Assembly: GCF_006345805.1 (NCBI RefSeq)
Contig: NW_021825442.1
Span: 1-21,792 of the forward strand
Origin: Octopus sinensis
Taxonomy: Eukaryota
Reading direction: 5' to 3'
DNA: 21,792 nucleotides
Shown: positions 1 through 11,272 of the stretch, piece by piece
Layout: each line of letters opens with the position of its first letter
Numbering within the stretch: the stretch's first letter is position 1
Notes under the pieces: model-generated
The model's input: only the letters and a program-made list of their open reading frames with translations
Told to the model about the DNA's origin: nothing
The model's database searches: none
Position numbers and translations under genes: made by a program

Positions 1-140
1 AAACAAATCCCCCACGCTACTTATTTTTAAAAGTTTGGCATTTATTCTATCGCTCTGTATTGCCGAACCGTTAAGTTATAAGGATGTAAATAAGCCAACA
101 CTGCCGGTCAAGCGATTAGGAGGGAACAAACACAATCGTG
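1..140 (-). mobile_element. Degraded 3' part of SINE family A
   Basis: ttattctatcgctctgtattgccgaaccgttaagtta...gtcaagcgat aligns with the same segment of the copy at 6488-6892 (ttattctatcggtctcttttgccgaaccgctaagtta...gtcaagcgat). Confidence 0.6.
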
Positions 141-802
141 CACACACAGAGGAATTTCTTAGTCACCACATATTTGTGTATATCTAAAGATAAACGTCAA
201 AAATGTTACACTAATGATGCTACAGTCTTTTCCATTGCTTCAAGTATTGTGTTTCATACAATCATTGTCAAGGACTTTTACAGATTTCATATCACCATAC
301 TTAATATATTTGTGCAAGGTTTATATTTGTTAAATGATCGTTTGAGTGACGTTTATGAGTTTACGTTATTTTATGGATGTCCATGAATGCCATAAAGTTT
401 GAAATAATTTCACTTGGAGGTTTTTCAATTCACGATATTACAAATGTGTGACCTGATAGTATTTACTTTCAGTAACTTTTATTTATCTATTCATTTATTT
501 ATTTATTTATTTTTTTTTTGTTTCATTTACTCGATTTTAATATCCAGGTCAACTCTGATCGAACTGTGATGAAATGCGTTCCAGCTCGTATAATCACTCA
601 GAGTTTATTTTCAGATGTAGTCCCACCTCGGACTACATTATCAGATCATGCCCTAACACCTTTGAAAGGAATTTGTCTGTTGTTTCTAGCAGGCCAAGTT
701 ACCACCTTGTTGAGGCTGAAGGATTCGAGATTAATAAATATGGCTTCCGATATTTTTTCGTGAACGCAGTCTTTCCTTTCATATAGAATGCTGTTGCTGC
801 TG

Positions 803-898
803 TCTTCTTCCCCCCTCCTCCTCCTCCTTCTTCTCCTCCTTCTTCTTCTTCTCTTCTTCTTCTTCTTCTTCTTCTTCTTCTTCTTCTTCTTCTTCTTC
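803..898. repeat. (CTT)n/(CCT)n microsatellite
   Basis: Direct reading; produces the poly-K/R stretch in ORF 646-924. Confidence 0.95.
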
Positions 899-1190
899 CA
901 ACCAGGACTCACGCCATTAGCCACAAAGAATAATCTCTAATTCGAGCCTACTCTAAGCTACTAAGAATGCGTGTGGCAACTTCAAGATCCATCCACCACA
1001 CGCGATAGACTGGCGGATGCACGGGCGCGAAAGCTATACGTTGATATTCTCATTCCGTAAACGGGGACTTTTAATGGGTGGAGAGCTGAACCATCCTGGG
1101 CTACAGAGGATTCGCAATCTAGACTAGGGCCTGAAAGTTTACCACACCATAGTGGATTATACCATGGTTCCTCTGCTTTGTGGTAGAAGT

Positions 1191-1375
1191 AGGAAGAAAG
1201 AGTGAGAGAAAGTTGTGGTGAAAGAGTACAGCGGGGTTTACCACCACCACCCCGCCGGAGCCTCGTGGAGCTTAGGTGTTTTTGCTCAATAAACACTCAC
1301 AATGCCCGGTCTGGGAATCGAGACTGCGTCCTTACGACCGCGAGTTCGCTGCCCTAACCATTGGGCCATTGCGCC
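1191..1375 (-). mobile_element. tRNA-derived SINE family C, 5' part
   Basis: Minus strand begins ggcgcaa-TGGCCCAATGG (A-box-like) ...GTCTCGATTCC (B-box-like), followed by a non-tRNA body. There is no complete cloverleaf, so this is not a tRNA gene. Confidence 0.7.
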
Positions 1376-1620
1376 ACCACCTGCTGCTGTTGCTGCAATG
1401 ATAACGAAACAACAGCTTTAACAAAAGGATAAGCAAAACAAAATCACCTCCACCACCACCGCTACCAACACCACCACCACAACAACAACAACTACATCGT
1501 TTACCATAACAACGTCTATCTAAACGACAACACTCAGAGGTGACATTTAATTAAAAATGCCTGCTGGATTGTTACTATGGTGATGAGGATGCTACAAGCA
1601 TTTTGTTATATTGCTGTGAT

Positions 1621-1762
1621 GTAAGATTATGATGATATAAGGACATAACTATATTAGGATATGGTATTGTAAGGACACCGATGTAGGGAGATAGCAGCGT
1701 AAGGACATAACAACGTAAGGATATAATAATGTAAAGATATAGTAATGTAAGGATATAGTAAT
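1621..1762. repeat. Degenerate 16-bp minisatellite (GTAAGGATATAGTAAT)
   Basis: Unit starts at 1683, 1699, 1715, 1731 and 1747 (period 16), with more degenerate copies to the left. Confidence 0.75.
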
Positions 1763-1906
1763 CTTTTCTACTCTAGGCACAAGGCCTGAAATTTTGGAGG
1801 AGGTCCCAGTCGATTAGATCGACCTCAGTACCTAACTGGCACTTAATTTATCGACCCCGAAAGGATGAAAGGCAAAGTCGACCTCGGCGGAATTTGAACT
1901 CAGAAC
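1760..1906 (-). mobile_element. SINE family B, 5'-truncated, tail type 2
   Basis: Reverse complement reads gttctgagttcaaattccgccgaggtcgactttgcctttcatcctttcggggtcgataaattaag...ggccttgtgcctagagtagaaaagatta; same core as 11273-11873. Confidence 0.9.
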
Positions 1907-2309
1907 TCTCTCGCTCAATGTTGGTCATGCATCTGCATTTACACCTAACAAAATGCCTAGTCATGCAAACTTGTTCTTTCCATGCTACCGATGTTTATCT
2001 AGGAGGATGCTCATTTAAATTAATTTTTTATAACAGACTAAACAATTACAAATTACTTTACTTTAATGCTCAAAGTCTTTAGTTAAGTCGATTGTTAACA
2101 GACTAAACTGTTACAAATGGCTGACTAGAAATTGTTATCGCACTACAAATGGTTTTCTCTGTCAGCGATTCAATTTTAAGAGTCGATTCTACGACTTCGT
2201 AAAATGGCTGGCTTTTGAAACTTCAATGGCTTCTAAAGCTTCTGAGGCTTAGACTTTATGCCGGATTCAGTATGAAATCTAAGTCAGATTTCCTGCCAGC
2301 TTTGTTTTG

Positions 2310-2510
2310 TACTCACCTGGTTTGTACTTACGAAGTGTTACGTTGAATAGATGTCAACTGACCTGATATAATTTCACTGATCGAGATTACAGCAGATCAG
2401 CTGAGATCAGGTCAGATTAGATCGGCGTTGGTGTCTCGATAGAAGTGAGAAGTCGCTTGGCTTCTACAACCTAAAATGCCAGGAGTTGGCGGAGCCAAAC
2501 TTACGTCATT
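2310..2510 (-). promoter_or_regulatory. Candidate promoter plus non-coding first exon with two splice donors
   Basis: Minus strand: CRE/ATF-like TGACGTAA (2501-2508), GGCGGAG on + (2488-2494), Inr-like TCACTTC near 2446, donors TC|GTAAGTA (intron start 2331) and CAG|GTGAGTA (intron start 2316). Motif evidence only. Confidence 0.3.
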
Positions 2511-2944
2511 TTTGGAATATCACAAAACTTCTCGATTAAAGATACAATACAATCCAATAATATTTACTTTAAAGTCTTCCGTTCTTTCAATTTGCGTTAA
2601 TAAAAAATAAATAAATGTTATTGTGATTATGTAACAATAGAATACTTTCTTTTCTCTTCTCAACATGTCGGAATATTAAAATGGCGATTTGTAGCATTCA
2701 TATAATTTTTTTGGGGAAGTGTATTAGATAATACTTACATCTATACGTATATATAATGGCATATGTGGGCACAGGACGTCATGAAACGTGTACAACAGAA
2801 AAATTCGAAGAACGAGTACATGGAGCATGAACTATTCTTTCGAACAATGAAAGACACAAATGGAAAATAAAACAAACATAAAGAACGACTCTTCATCAGT
2901 TGTTGACTGCTTTTCGAGTCTCGTATTTTGAGCATTTAACAACA

Positions 2945-3041
2945 TACACATGTATATATATATATATATATTATATACATATATATTACACATATATATA
3001 CATATACATACACACACACATATATATACATGTATGCATAC

Positions 3042-3133
<92 letters not shown>

Positions 3134-3207
3134 CATATACATGTACATATAATATATATATATATATATCTATATATATACACACACACACACACACACC
3201 CACACAC

Positions 3208-3275
<68 letters not shown>
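2945..3275. repeat. Compound (TA)n/(CA)n microsatellite
   Basis: Direct reading; source of the YIYI/HTHT ORFs. Confidence 0.95.
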
Positions 3276-3277
<2 letters not shown>

Positions 3278-3687
3278 CGCAGGAGTGGCTGTGTGGTAAG
3301 TAGCTTGCTAAACCACCACATGGTTCGGGTTCAGTCCAACTGCGTGGCATCTTGGGCAAGTGTCTTCTGCTATAGCCCCGGGCCGACCAATGCCTTGTGA
3401 GTGGATTTGGTAGACGGAAACTGAAAGAAGCCTGTCGTATATATGTATATATATGTATATGTATGTATGTGTATGTGTTTGTGTGTCTGTGTTTGTACTC
3501 CTAGCATTGCTTGACAACCGATGCTGGTGTATTTACGTCCCCGTCACCTAGCGGTTCGGCAAAAGAGACCGATAGAATAAGTACTGGGCTTACAAACAAT
3601 AAGTCCCAGGGTCGATTTGCTCGACTAAAGGCGGTGCTGCAGCATGGCCGCAGTCAAATGACTGAAACATGTAAAAGAGTAAAAGAG
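3276..3687 (+). mobile_element. SINE family A, near full length
   Basis: tRNA-like head ggcgcaggagTGGCTGTGTGGtaag...GGTTCAGTCC, core cttgggcaagtgtcttc, internal (TA/TG)n, tail tgactgaaacatgtaaaagagtaaaagag; homologous copy inverted at 6488-6892; (TA)n on both sides. Confidence 0.9.
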
Positions 3688-4258
3688 TATATATATATAT
3701 GTATATATAATCAGATGTTTATAAGCTTACAAAAGGTGACCGAACTGTTTTGGACTATTTGTACTACTCATCAGTGGTGAACACCCGACCACTGTGTGTG
3801 CGCCTATGTGTGTGTGTGCATATAGATATACATGTGCATATGCACATGTAATTGTAATATACATATTCATATGTATATTATACGTGCACAGAAGCCCGCA
3901 TATGGAAATGTTGCTTACGAGAAAATATTGCCGTATCCTGAACCATAATTCCCATCGACTTCGAGATAACATAGAAATCGAAACAGGTTTCAGATAACGC
4001 ATTTCCACATAATGGTAGGATTTTCTGGAACGCAACGCTGCCGTAACGCGAGGGATGTACCTTTGAGTTGCGTATTTGCATGTGTATATATCCGTTCTGA
4101 ATCACATGGGCTACTGTCCCCAGCTATGGTTATCACCACCCTCGAAAGAACTGCAAAGCTCGAGGCAAGTCAACGCCGCTACTCCAAGAGGATTGCCACT
4201 GGGATACGGTAAAGGAAATATAGCCCTATTCCCCAGAGAGAAGACGTGCAAAATATTC

Positions 4259-4307
<49 letters not shown>

Positions 4308-4418
4308 ATATATATTAATAATAAAGTTAATCCAAACAAGAAAACACAGAAAAAAGAGAAAAAACACCCCACGCGAGGACGTGGAACAATTATATATATA
4401 TATATATATATATTATAT

Positions 4419-4459
<41 letters not shown>

Positions 4460-4526
4460 GTGTATGTGTGTGTGTATGTGTGTGTGTGTGTTGTGTGTGT
4501 GTGTGTGTGTGGTGTGTGTGTGTGTG
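4259..4526. repeat. (TA)n and (TG)n microsatellite cluster
   Basis: Direct reading. Confidence 0.9.
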
Positions 4527-4860
4527 TACGAGGTCTGATCAATAAGTATTTGGATTGTTGCCTAGTAACGGAGTTAAAACATGCACTGTGAAGCCGCTCT
4601 GACATTTCGTCCGACTCTACGTTCTGAGTTCAAATTCCGTCATGACTGAATTTGCTTTTCATCCTTTCGAGGTCGTTAAAATAAGTGCCACTTGAGTTAT
4701 GGACTATTTGGAACAGTCGTGGCAAACTACGGACAGCGGGACTTTCTGAACGGCACACCGAACGAAAAATTACTTTGAAACTTTTCAGTAGTGCAGCCCG
4801 CCGGATGATGAGCCGTGTTTCATGCAGTCCGCTTCTCGAAAAAGGTCGCCCATGCTCCGT
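4527..4860 (+). mobile_element. Degraded mariner-like left end with an embedded SINE B core (about 4618-4690)
   Basis: TA followed by cgaggtctgatcaataagt resembles mariner TIR starts (compare 6128 and 7094). Faint transposase N-terminal resemblance (MSR...KGR at about 4806-4850). SINE core gttctgagttcaaattcc...ttttcatcctttcgaggtcg. Confidence 0.4.
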
Positions 4861-5186
4861 GTATGTGTATGTTGTAATTGCTGCAGTCGTCGTCGCTGTC
4901 GTTGTCATTGTTCTTGTATTTGTTGTTGTTGCTCATTTCTAGGTTCGACTCTGATTCGACAGATGTATTAATAAAGACATCCCAGTTACGACTATCTTGT
5001 CTTTTCTTGGAGGGTACGGGGCATTACGTATCTAGGAGTACATTATGTAACGTGTCTTTCCCTTTTTCAGAATAGTAAGATGCAACTCGAGGCAGTTTTC
5101 GCATCCAATCTTGCAGCTCGATCAGTTACGGAGAGGATCTTTCGATGGCTCGCTTTAGTGAGCTTTAGCTATTGTTGTTGTTTTTG

Positions 5187-5272
5187 TGTTGTTGTTGTTG
5201 TTGTTGTTGTTGTTCTTCTTCTTCTTCTTCTTCTTCTCCACTTCTACTCCTCCTCCACTTCTACTCCTCCTC
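5187..5272. repeat. (GTT)n-(CTT)n-(CCT)n microsatellite
   Basis: Direct reading. Confidence 0.9.
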
Positions 5273-5434
5273 CTCATTTCTTATTCGTTTTCTTCTCTTT
5301 CTTGCTTTGTTATTCTTTAGCTCCATGTCAACCCCGAACGATTAGAACTGTAACCAAAGAACATATCAGCCACGACCACCCTGATTTTATTGTATATCAT
5401 GCATTACATTGATAAATACACTTCCCGCCCTTAC

Positions 5435-5485
5435 CTCATTTTCCAAGACGTTAGGGCTTGAGTTCAGTGACTCTTCTTGCTCTTT
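5435..5485 (-). other. Candidate 51-nt frame-preserving exon (KEQEESLNSSPNVLENE)
   Basis: ctttatctgtcAG|AAAGAG...AATGAG|GTAAGG on the minus strand; length is a multiple of 3, open in phase 0, purine-rich. No homology recognised. Confidence 0.25.
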
Positions 5486-5569
5486 CTGACAGATAAAGCG
5501 ACCGCATACAGTTTCCCATACTGGTTCGTATGTGTTTATATGTTTGTTGTCTAAAATAAAGTAGATAGG

Positions 5570-6085
5570 TTTCTTTATTGGCCACGCAGAGAGGGCTGAA
5601 CACAGAAGGGACAAAATACAAAGTAGAGCTTTTCTTTTTGGAAAGAAGAGAAGGAAAAAGAAAAAAAGTGGGTCGAATTCCGATCAAACAAAAAGTGGGG
5701 ACGATCGATAGGGATCGTGTATCACAGAAATGTCAATGTAAAAAGGGAAAACAGATTAGGTTTGTCCGTGGATAGAAAAGCCTACGGAAAAGACCACGGG
5801 AACCTTGGACAGTAGTGTCATGCAAAAAGAAAACACATTACAGTAAGTGGGTCTCTTTTTCCCCTTTCTTCTTTTTTTTGGTTCATAGGATTATGCTCAA
5901 GTTGGTTCCGTCATTCGCACGTGCCATCCTTGCTACATTCACCCATGTTTTTTTTTAAACATTCACTAGACAAAACTTCCCTCTCTACTCTCATCTTCCT
6001 CTTCAAGTGATACTTGAAGAAGTTGATGAGAGATTGACCAGAGAGGAAAGTGTTTGTCTCTAGACCTTTCAGACGCATCCTGGGT
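5570..6085 (-). mobile_element. 3' end of an L1/Tx1-like LINE (ORF2 C-terminus plus 3' UTR), frameshifted
   Basis: RLKGLETNTFLSGQSLINFFKYHLKRKMRVEREVLSSECLKK, then after a shift in a poly-A run WVNVARMARANDGTNLSIIL*; this resembles the W..R...F...F..rW C-terminus of L1/Tx1 ORF2. The 3' UTR ends at ccAATAAAgaaa. Clade assignment is by recall. Confidence 0.6.
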
Positions 6086-6127
6086 GGCCAGTTTGTATAT
6101 ATTTTAACATACAAGAACCCCGACATA

Positions 6128-7094
6128 CGGGGCAGTATCGAAAAGTCCCAGGACTACTTATGTTAAATAATAATATTAATAATAAAAGTACTTATTTACC
6201 TAAGTTTTAGCATCATCTCCTCAAAAATAGTCATCTTGCGCAGCAATACACCGATCCAGCGTGGGGAATTCCGCAGGTGCTAAATCTGGTGAATAGGGTG
6301 GGTGCAGAAGCGATACCATGTTGTCTTTGGCGAGAAACTCACGAGCGATGACAGCTCAGCGAAGAATCCATCTCTTTGCGCTCCACAAATCCTGTTTGTT
6401 TTGCCTTCAAAACGTTGCAGTAGGACCCTCGATCGGCAGTCAGGCTCTGGGGGACGAATTCTCGACGTACAATACCACGGATACTCGTTTTTTACTCTTT
6501 TACTTGTTTCAGTCATTTGACTGTGGCCATGCAGGAGCACCGCCTTTAGTCGAACAAATCGACCCCAGGATTTATTCTTTGTAAGCCTAGTACTTATTCT
6601 ATCGGTCTCTTTTGCCGAACCGCTAAGTTACGGGGACGTAAACACACCAACATCGGTTGTCAAGCGATGTTGGGGGAACAAACACAGGCACACAAACACA
6701 TACACACACATACACACACATATATATATATACATATACACGACGGGTTTCTTTCAGTTTCCGTCTACCATATCCGCTCACAAGGCTTTGGTCGGCCCGA
6801 GGTTACAGTAGAAGACACTTGCTCAAGGTGCCACGCAGTAGGAGTGAACCCGGAGCCTTGTGGTTCGTAAACAAGCTACTTACCACACAGCCGTGAGCTG
6901 CGGCTCTGTCGTGCTTCTTCAGTCGTGGAGATGAAGGGCTCTTCCATTGTAACGACTGCTGCCTCGTCTCAGTGACGTCACGTGGTACACTGCCTCATGA
7001 AGATCACTGCCAACTCCCATTGCGCACGCGACCGTGTGCTGCCAACTGTTGGCGCACTACAGAACTAGTCCGAGAACTTTTTGATGCCACCTCG
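6128..7094 (-). mobile_element. Old, internally deleted mariner (Tc1/mariner) DNA transposon
   Basis: TIRs cggggcagtatcgaaaagtcccaggacta (6128, preceded by TA) and the reverse complement of the right end, cgaggtggcatcaaaaagttctcggacta, match at 21/29, mismatches mostly transitions. Minus-strand remnants: EEARQSRS, GIVRREFVPQ...YCNVLK, DLWSAKRWIL, and REFLAKDNMVSLLHPPYSPDLAPAEF (the YSPDLAP mariner motif). Confidence 0.85.
6488..6892 (-). mobile_element. SINE family A inserted inside the mariner
   Basis: Reverse-complement homolog of 3276-3687; mariner transposase remnants continue on both sides. Confidence 0.9.
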
Positions 7095-7126
7095 TGTATG
7101 TTTAAAATTCTATTTGCAAATAATTT

Positions 7127-7240
7127 GCAGGCATGGCTGTTTAGTTAAGCAGCTCGCTTTGCAACCCCCATAGATTCAGATTTAGTCCCACTGCTCAGCA
7201 TGAATAAATGTCATATAGTATACCCTCAAGCCGACCAATT
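7127..7240 (+). mobile_element. Highly degraded SINE A head
   Basis: gcaggcatggctgtttagttaagcagctcgc...ttagtcccactg...ccgaccaa resembles the 3276 head and core. Confidence 0.35.
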
Positions 7241-8029
7241 CCAGGCGAGCGAATATATGTGTGTGTGTGTGTGTGTGTGTGTATGCGTTTGCGAGTGTGG
7301 GGTGCTTGTGTACGCGATTATACTTAACCTATTGTCTTGATATTACTCCCTATCGAAATAGGCTGCTGCGGCTTCTCAACTAAATCGGTGCGCTTATTTT
7401 CCTAAAGAAGACTGCTTTGGAACGCAAGCAACTGAAGGCAGCCGCTAAGGATATAGGCATGACAGCTGAAACCAGCTCATGGTGGTTGTAGTTGATGAAA
7501 TTCCACAAATGGAACCCTTCTGCAGACAAAAATTTATTTAGTCTTCACTGCCCAAATCAAACGAAGCGTGAATGCTAAATGGCAAAACGCTTGTCACCCT
7601 GAGATACTAATAATACGGAAGGGTTTCTAATATTTCGATGGATTCAGAAAAGCTTGCAATACTCGTGAGTGACATCCTGGGACAAGGCATCTCCTGGGAC
7701 GGTTTCTCGAAGAGAAACTAATAACAATTCGAAACTAGTCCAGTTGTTCTCGGGTTTCTCCTTAATCCAGCGCTGAGTTACGCGTCTATCTTATTCGCTG
7801 ATGGTAGTAAATACATTTTCAAGTTCCTGCACGTTTATCAGTAGTGTTTTTTTGTTTTTTGTTTTTTGAGGGGTTTTTTTCCACCGAATGGATAGATTTC
7901 TCTTATTTTGAATCGGGTGAATGCGTTTTGTTTCCATGATGTTTATAGAGTCGCTGACCGGGCGCTTGTCAAATTTCTGAATTGAAACCATCCAGGATGT
8001 TTTTGATTAGTAACTACGCCTTATATATA

Positions 8030-9185
<1,156 letters not shown>

Positions 9186-9435
9186 ACGTTAGATTTCTAG
9201 TGAAATTTTCGCTTTTTTTAATCCTATTTTTCACGCTTTTTTCCATTTTTTTTTCGTCTTTTTTCTTCCTCATTCATTCATTCATTTTTCCCTTTCTTCA
9301 TTCTTGCATCTGACCTGTTATTACAGGGAAACATTATCCCGAAATTATTTAAATTTTGGCTTTTTATGTTTTATTTTTAACCAAACTTGGCATTTATGTA
9401 TTTCCCTGGCTATCAAGTTTTTAATCTCTGACTTG

Positions 9436-9457
9436 GTTCTCTCTCTTTCTCTCACCC

Positions 9458-9492
<35 letters not shown>

Positions 9493-10060
9493 CCCCGTAT
9501 CTTTCTCTCTCTCTCTCACCCTCTTTCTTTTCTTTCTTTCTCCCCGTATCTTTCTATCTCTCTCTCCCTCTCTTCCTCTGCTTCTGTCTCTGTCTGTCTG
9601 TCCCTCTCTCTCTTCCTCTCTCTCTCTCCCTCTCTTCCTCTGCCTCTGTCTCTGTCTGTCTGCCCCCCCCCTCTCCTCTCTCTCTCTCTTTCCCTCTGTA
9701 TCTGTGTGTGTGTACACAGAGACCGAGAGAAAAAGTGAGTGACATAGAAGCCGGTATGTGTGTGTGTATGTGTGTCTCTGTTTATGCGTGTATGTATGTA
9801 TTCATACTACATCTGTATTCATACATACACACATATTATATATATAGCATATATATATAAATACCGGTGTGCGTATCTCTCTGTCTGTCTGTCTCTCTCT
9901 CTCTCTCTCACTCGCTCACTCTGTATCTTGCGATCCTATGAACACACATATGTGTGTATGTATGCATGTGTGTGTATGTATGTATGTGTGAATGCATGTA
10001 TGTGTGTGTATGTATGAATGTATGTATGTATGTATGTATGTATGTAAGCATGTATGTATG

Positions 10061-10097
<37 letters not shown>

Positions 10098-10180
10098 GCA
10101 TGTATGTATATGTATGTATGTATGTATGTATGTAAGTATGTATGTGTGTGTGTATGTGTGTGTGCGTGTGTGCGTGCGTA
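9436..10180. repeat. (CT)n/(CTTT)n block followed by (TG)n and (TATG)n
   Basis: Direct reading; source of the SLSL/RERE/HTYI ORFs. Confidence 0.9.
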
Positions 10181-10244
10181 AGTTGAACTAGCAGTCGTTA
10201 GAGTATTGGACACAACGCCTTGCACTATTTGTTCCTTCCCTCTG

Positions 10245-10320
10245 TGTTCTGAGTTCAAATTCCACCGAGGACGACTTCACCATTCATAATTTCACGGTAG
10301 AGAAATAAAGTAACATGGCA
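10245..10320 (+). mobile_element. Degraded SINE B core
   Basis: gttctgagttcaaattccaccgaggacgacttcacc. Confidence 0.55.
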
Positions 10321-10558
10321 TTACTTAACTCAATTTCCCACCTGTTTTTCTCCGTAATTCTATAACTGCCATTTTAAGATACGGTTTTATTCTTTAGAAA
10401 CTTGGTAATTCCGATTCCTTTATCTTTTAATGGTTTCAGTCACTGGACAGCGGCTATGCTGGGGCAGAACTTTCAAAGATATAATCGAAGAAATTGAGCG
10501 CAGCACTTACATATTTTTTATAATGATTATCATTATTATAATGATTATTATTATTATT

Positions 10559-11092
10559 GAGTGAGAGAGCAGTTCATGCCATCAAAGTGACACTGGGGTA
10601 AAATATACGAAGCCCAATATACCCATCATGACTACCCGTCTGATAAAGGTACACCAGGCACATGCATCACAACCTATGTGCGCGAATGGTGATCTCATAT
10701 CAAGATAACAGCACATGACCTTGCAGGTGGGGCCCAGTTGTTAGAATTCTTCAGGTTGAGTAGCCATCCCGCTCAAACGGTCCCTGAATAGGGTTGCTTA
10801 AGGATGTTGAAAGAACCACCCATGTTTCCAGAGGTGAACTATTCAAACCCCAAAGAATCCCTCTCAACACATGGTATGATGCTCCCCACTACTTTGCTCG
10901 TGATCAGAGATGCACATATCGTCAGAACTAAGGGACATGCTCAACTGGTTAAGGTCAAACAACTGACAAGCAAATCTGTGGTATTGAGCAGAATATTTTG
11001 CTGTAGCCCATCTTTTATACCAAGGACAAAAACAATGTACATGATACACTTCCAATCAGTAAGATCAGAAGCCATGAGAGCCACGCCTAGGT
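10559..11092. mobile_element. Unclassified ~535-bp element bracketed by (TTA)n
   Basis: Higher-GC, non-coding block with sharp transitions into TTA repeats on both sides. I recall it as a dispersed octopus repeat, but only one copy is visible here. Confidence 0.45.
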
Positions 11093-11162
11093 ATATTATT
11101 ATTATTATTATTATTATATTATTATTAATATATTATTATTATTATCATATCATTCATTCATA

Positions 11163-11206
<44 letters not shown>

Positions 11207-11265
11207 GATTATTATTGTTATTGTTATTGTTGTTGTTGTGTTGTTATTATCATGTTATTATTATT
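11093..11265. repeat. (TTA)n/(TTG)n microsatellite
   Basis: Direct reading. Confidence 0.95.
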
Positions 11266-11272
11266 TAAATCT

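Noticed and set aside
545-710. Faint similarity among 545-710, 4965-5140 and 5323-5385 (gtcaac...aactgt...cagc; gga.tacattat)
   Set aside because: Possibly an ancient dispersed repeat, but the matches are too short to support by eye.
982-1296. 104-aa minus-strand ORF
   Set aside because: It starts inside SINE C, has no recognisable domain, and lacks a convincing splice-site pair.
1300-1375. Possible tRNA gene (also SINE A and B heads)
   Set aside because: A- and B-box-like motifs are present, but the acceptor stem and cloverleaf are incomplete and the sequence continues into a SINE body.
3738-3778. Minus-strand CUGAUGA...AAAAC...GUC hammerhead-like string
   Set aside because: G12 is missing, and neither stem I nor stem II pairs convincingly. 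At best a decayed relic that cannot be supported from this copy.
2741-4605. Numerous YIYI/HTHT/CVCV ORFs (also 8449-10258, 12381-13270 and 21370-21789)
   Set aside because: Microsatellite translations.
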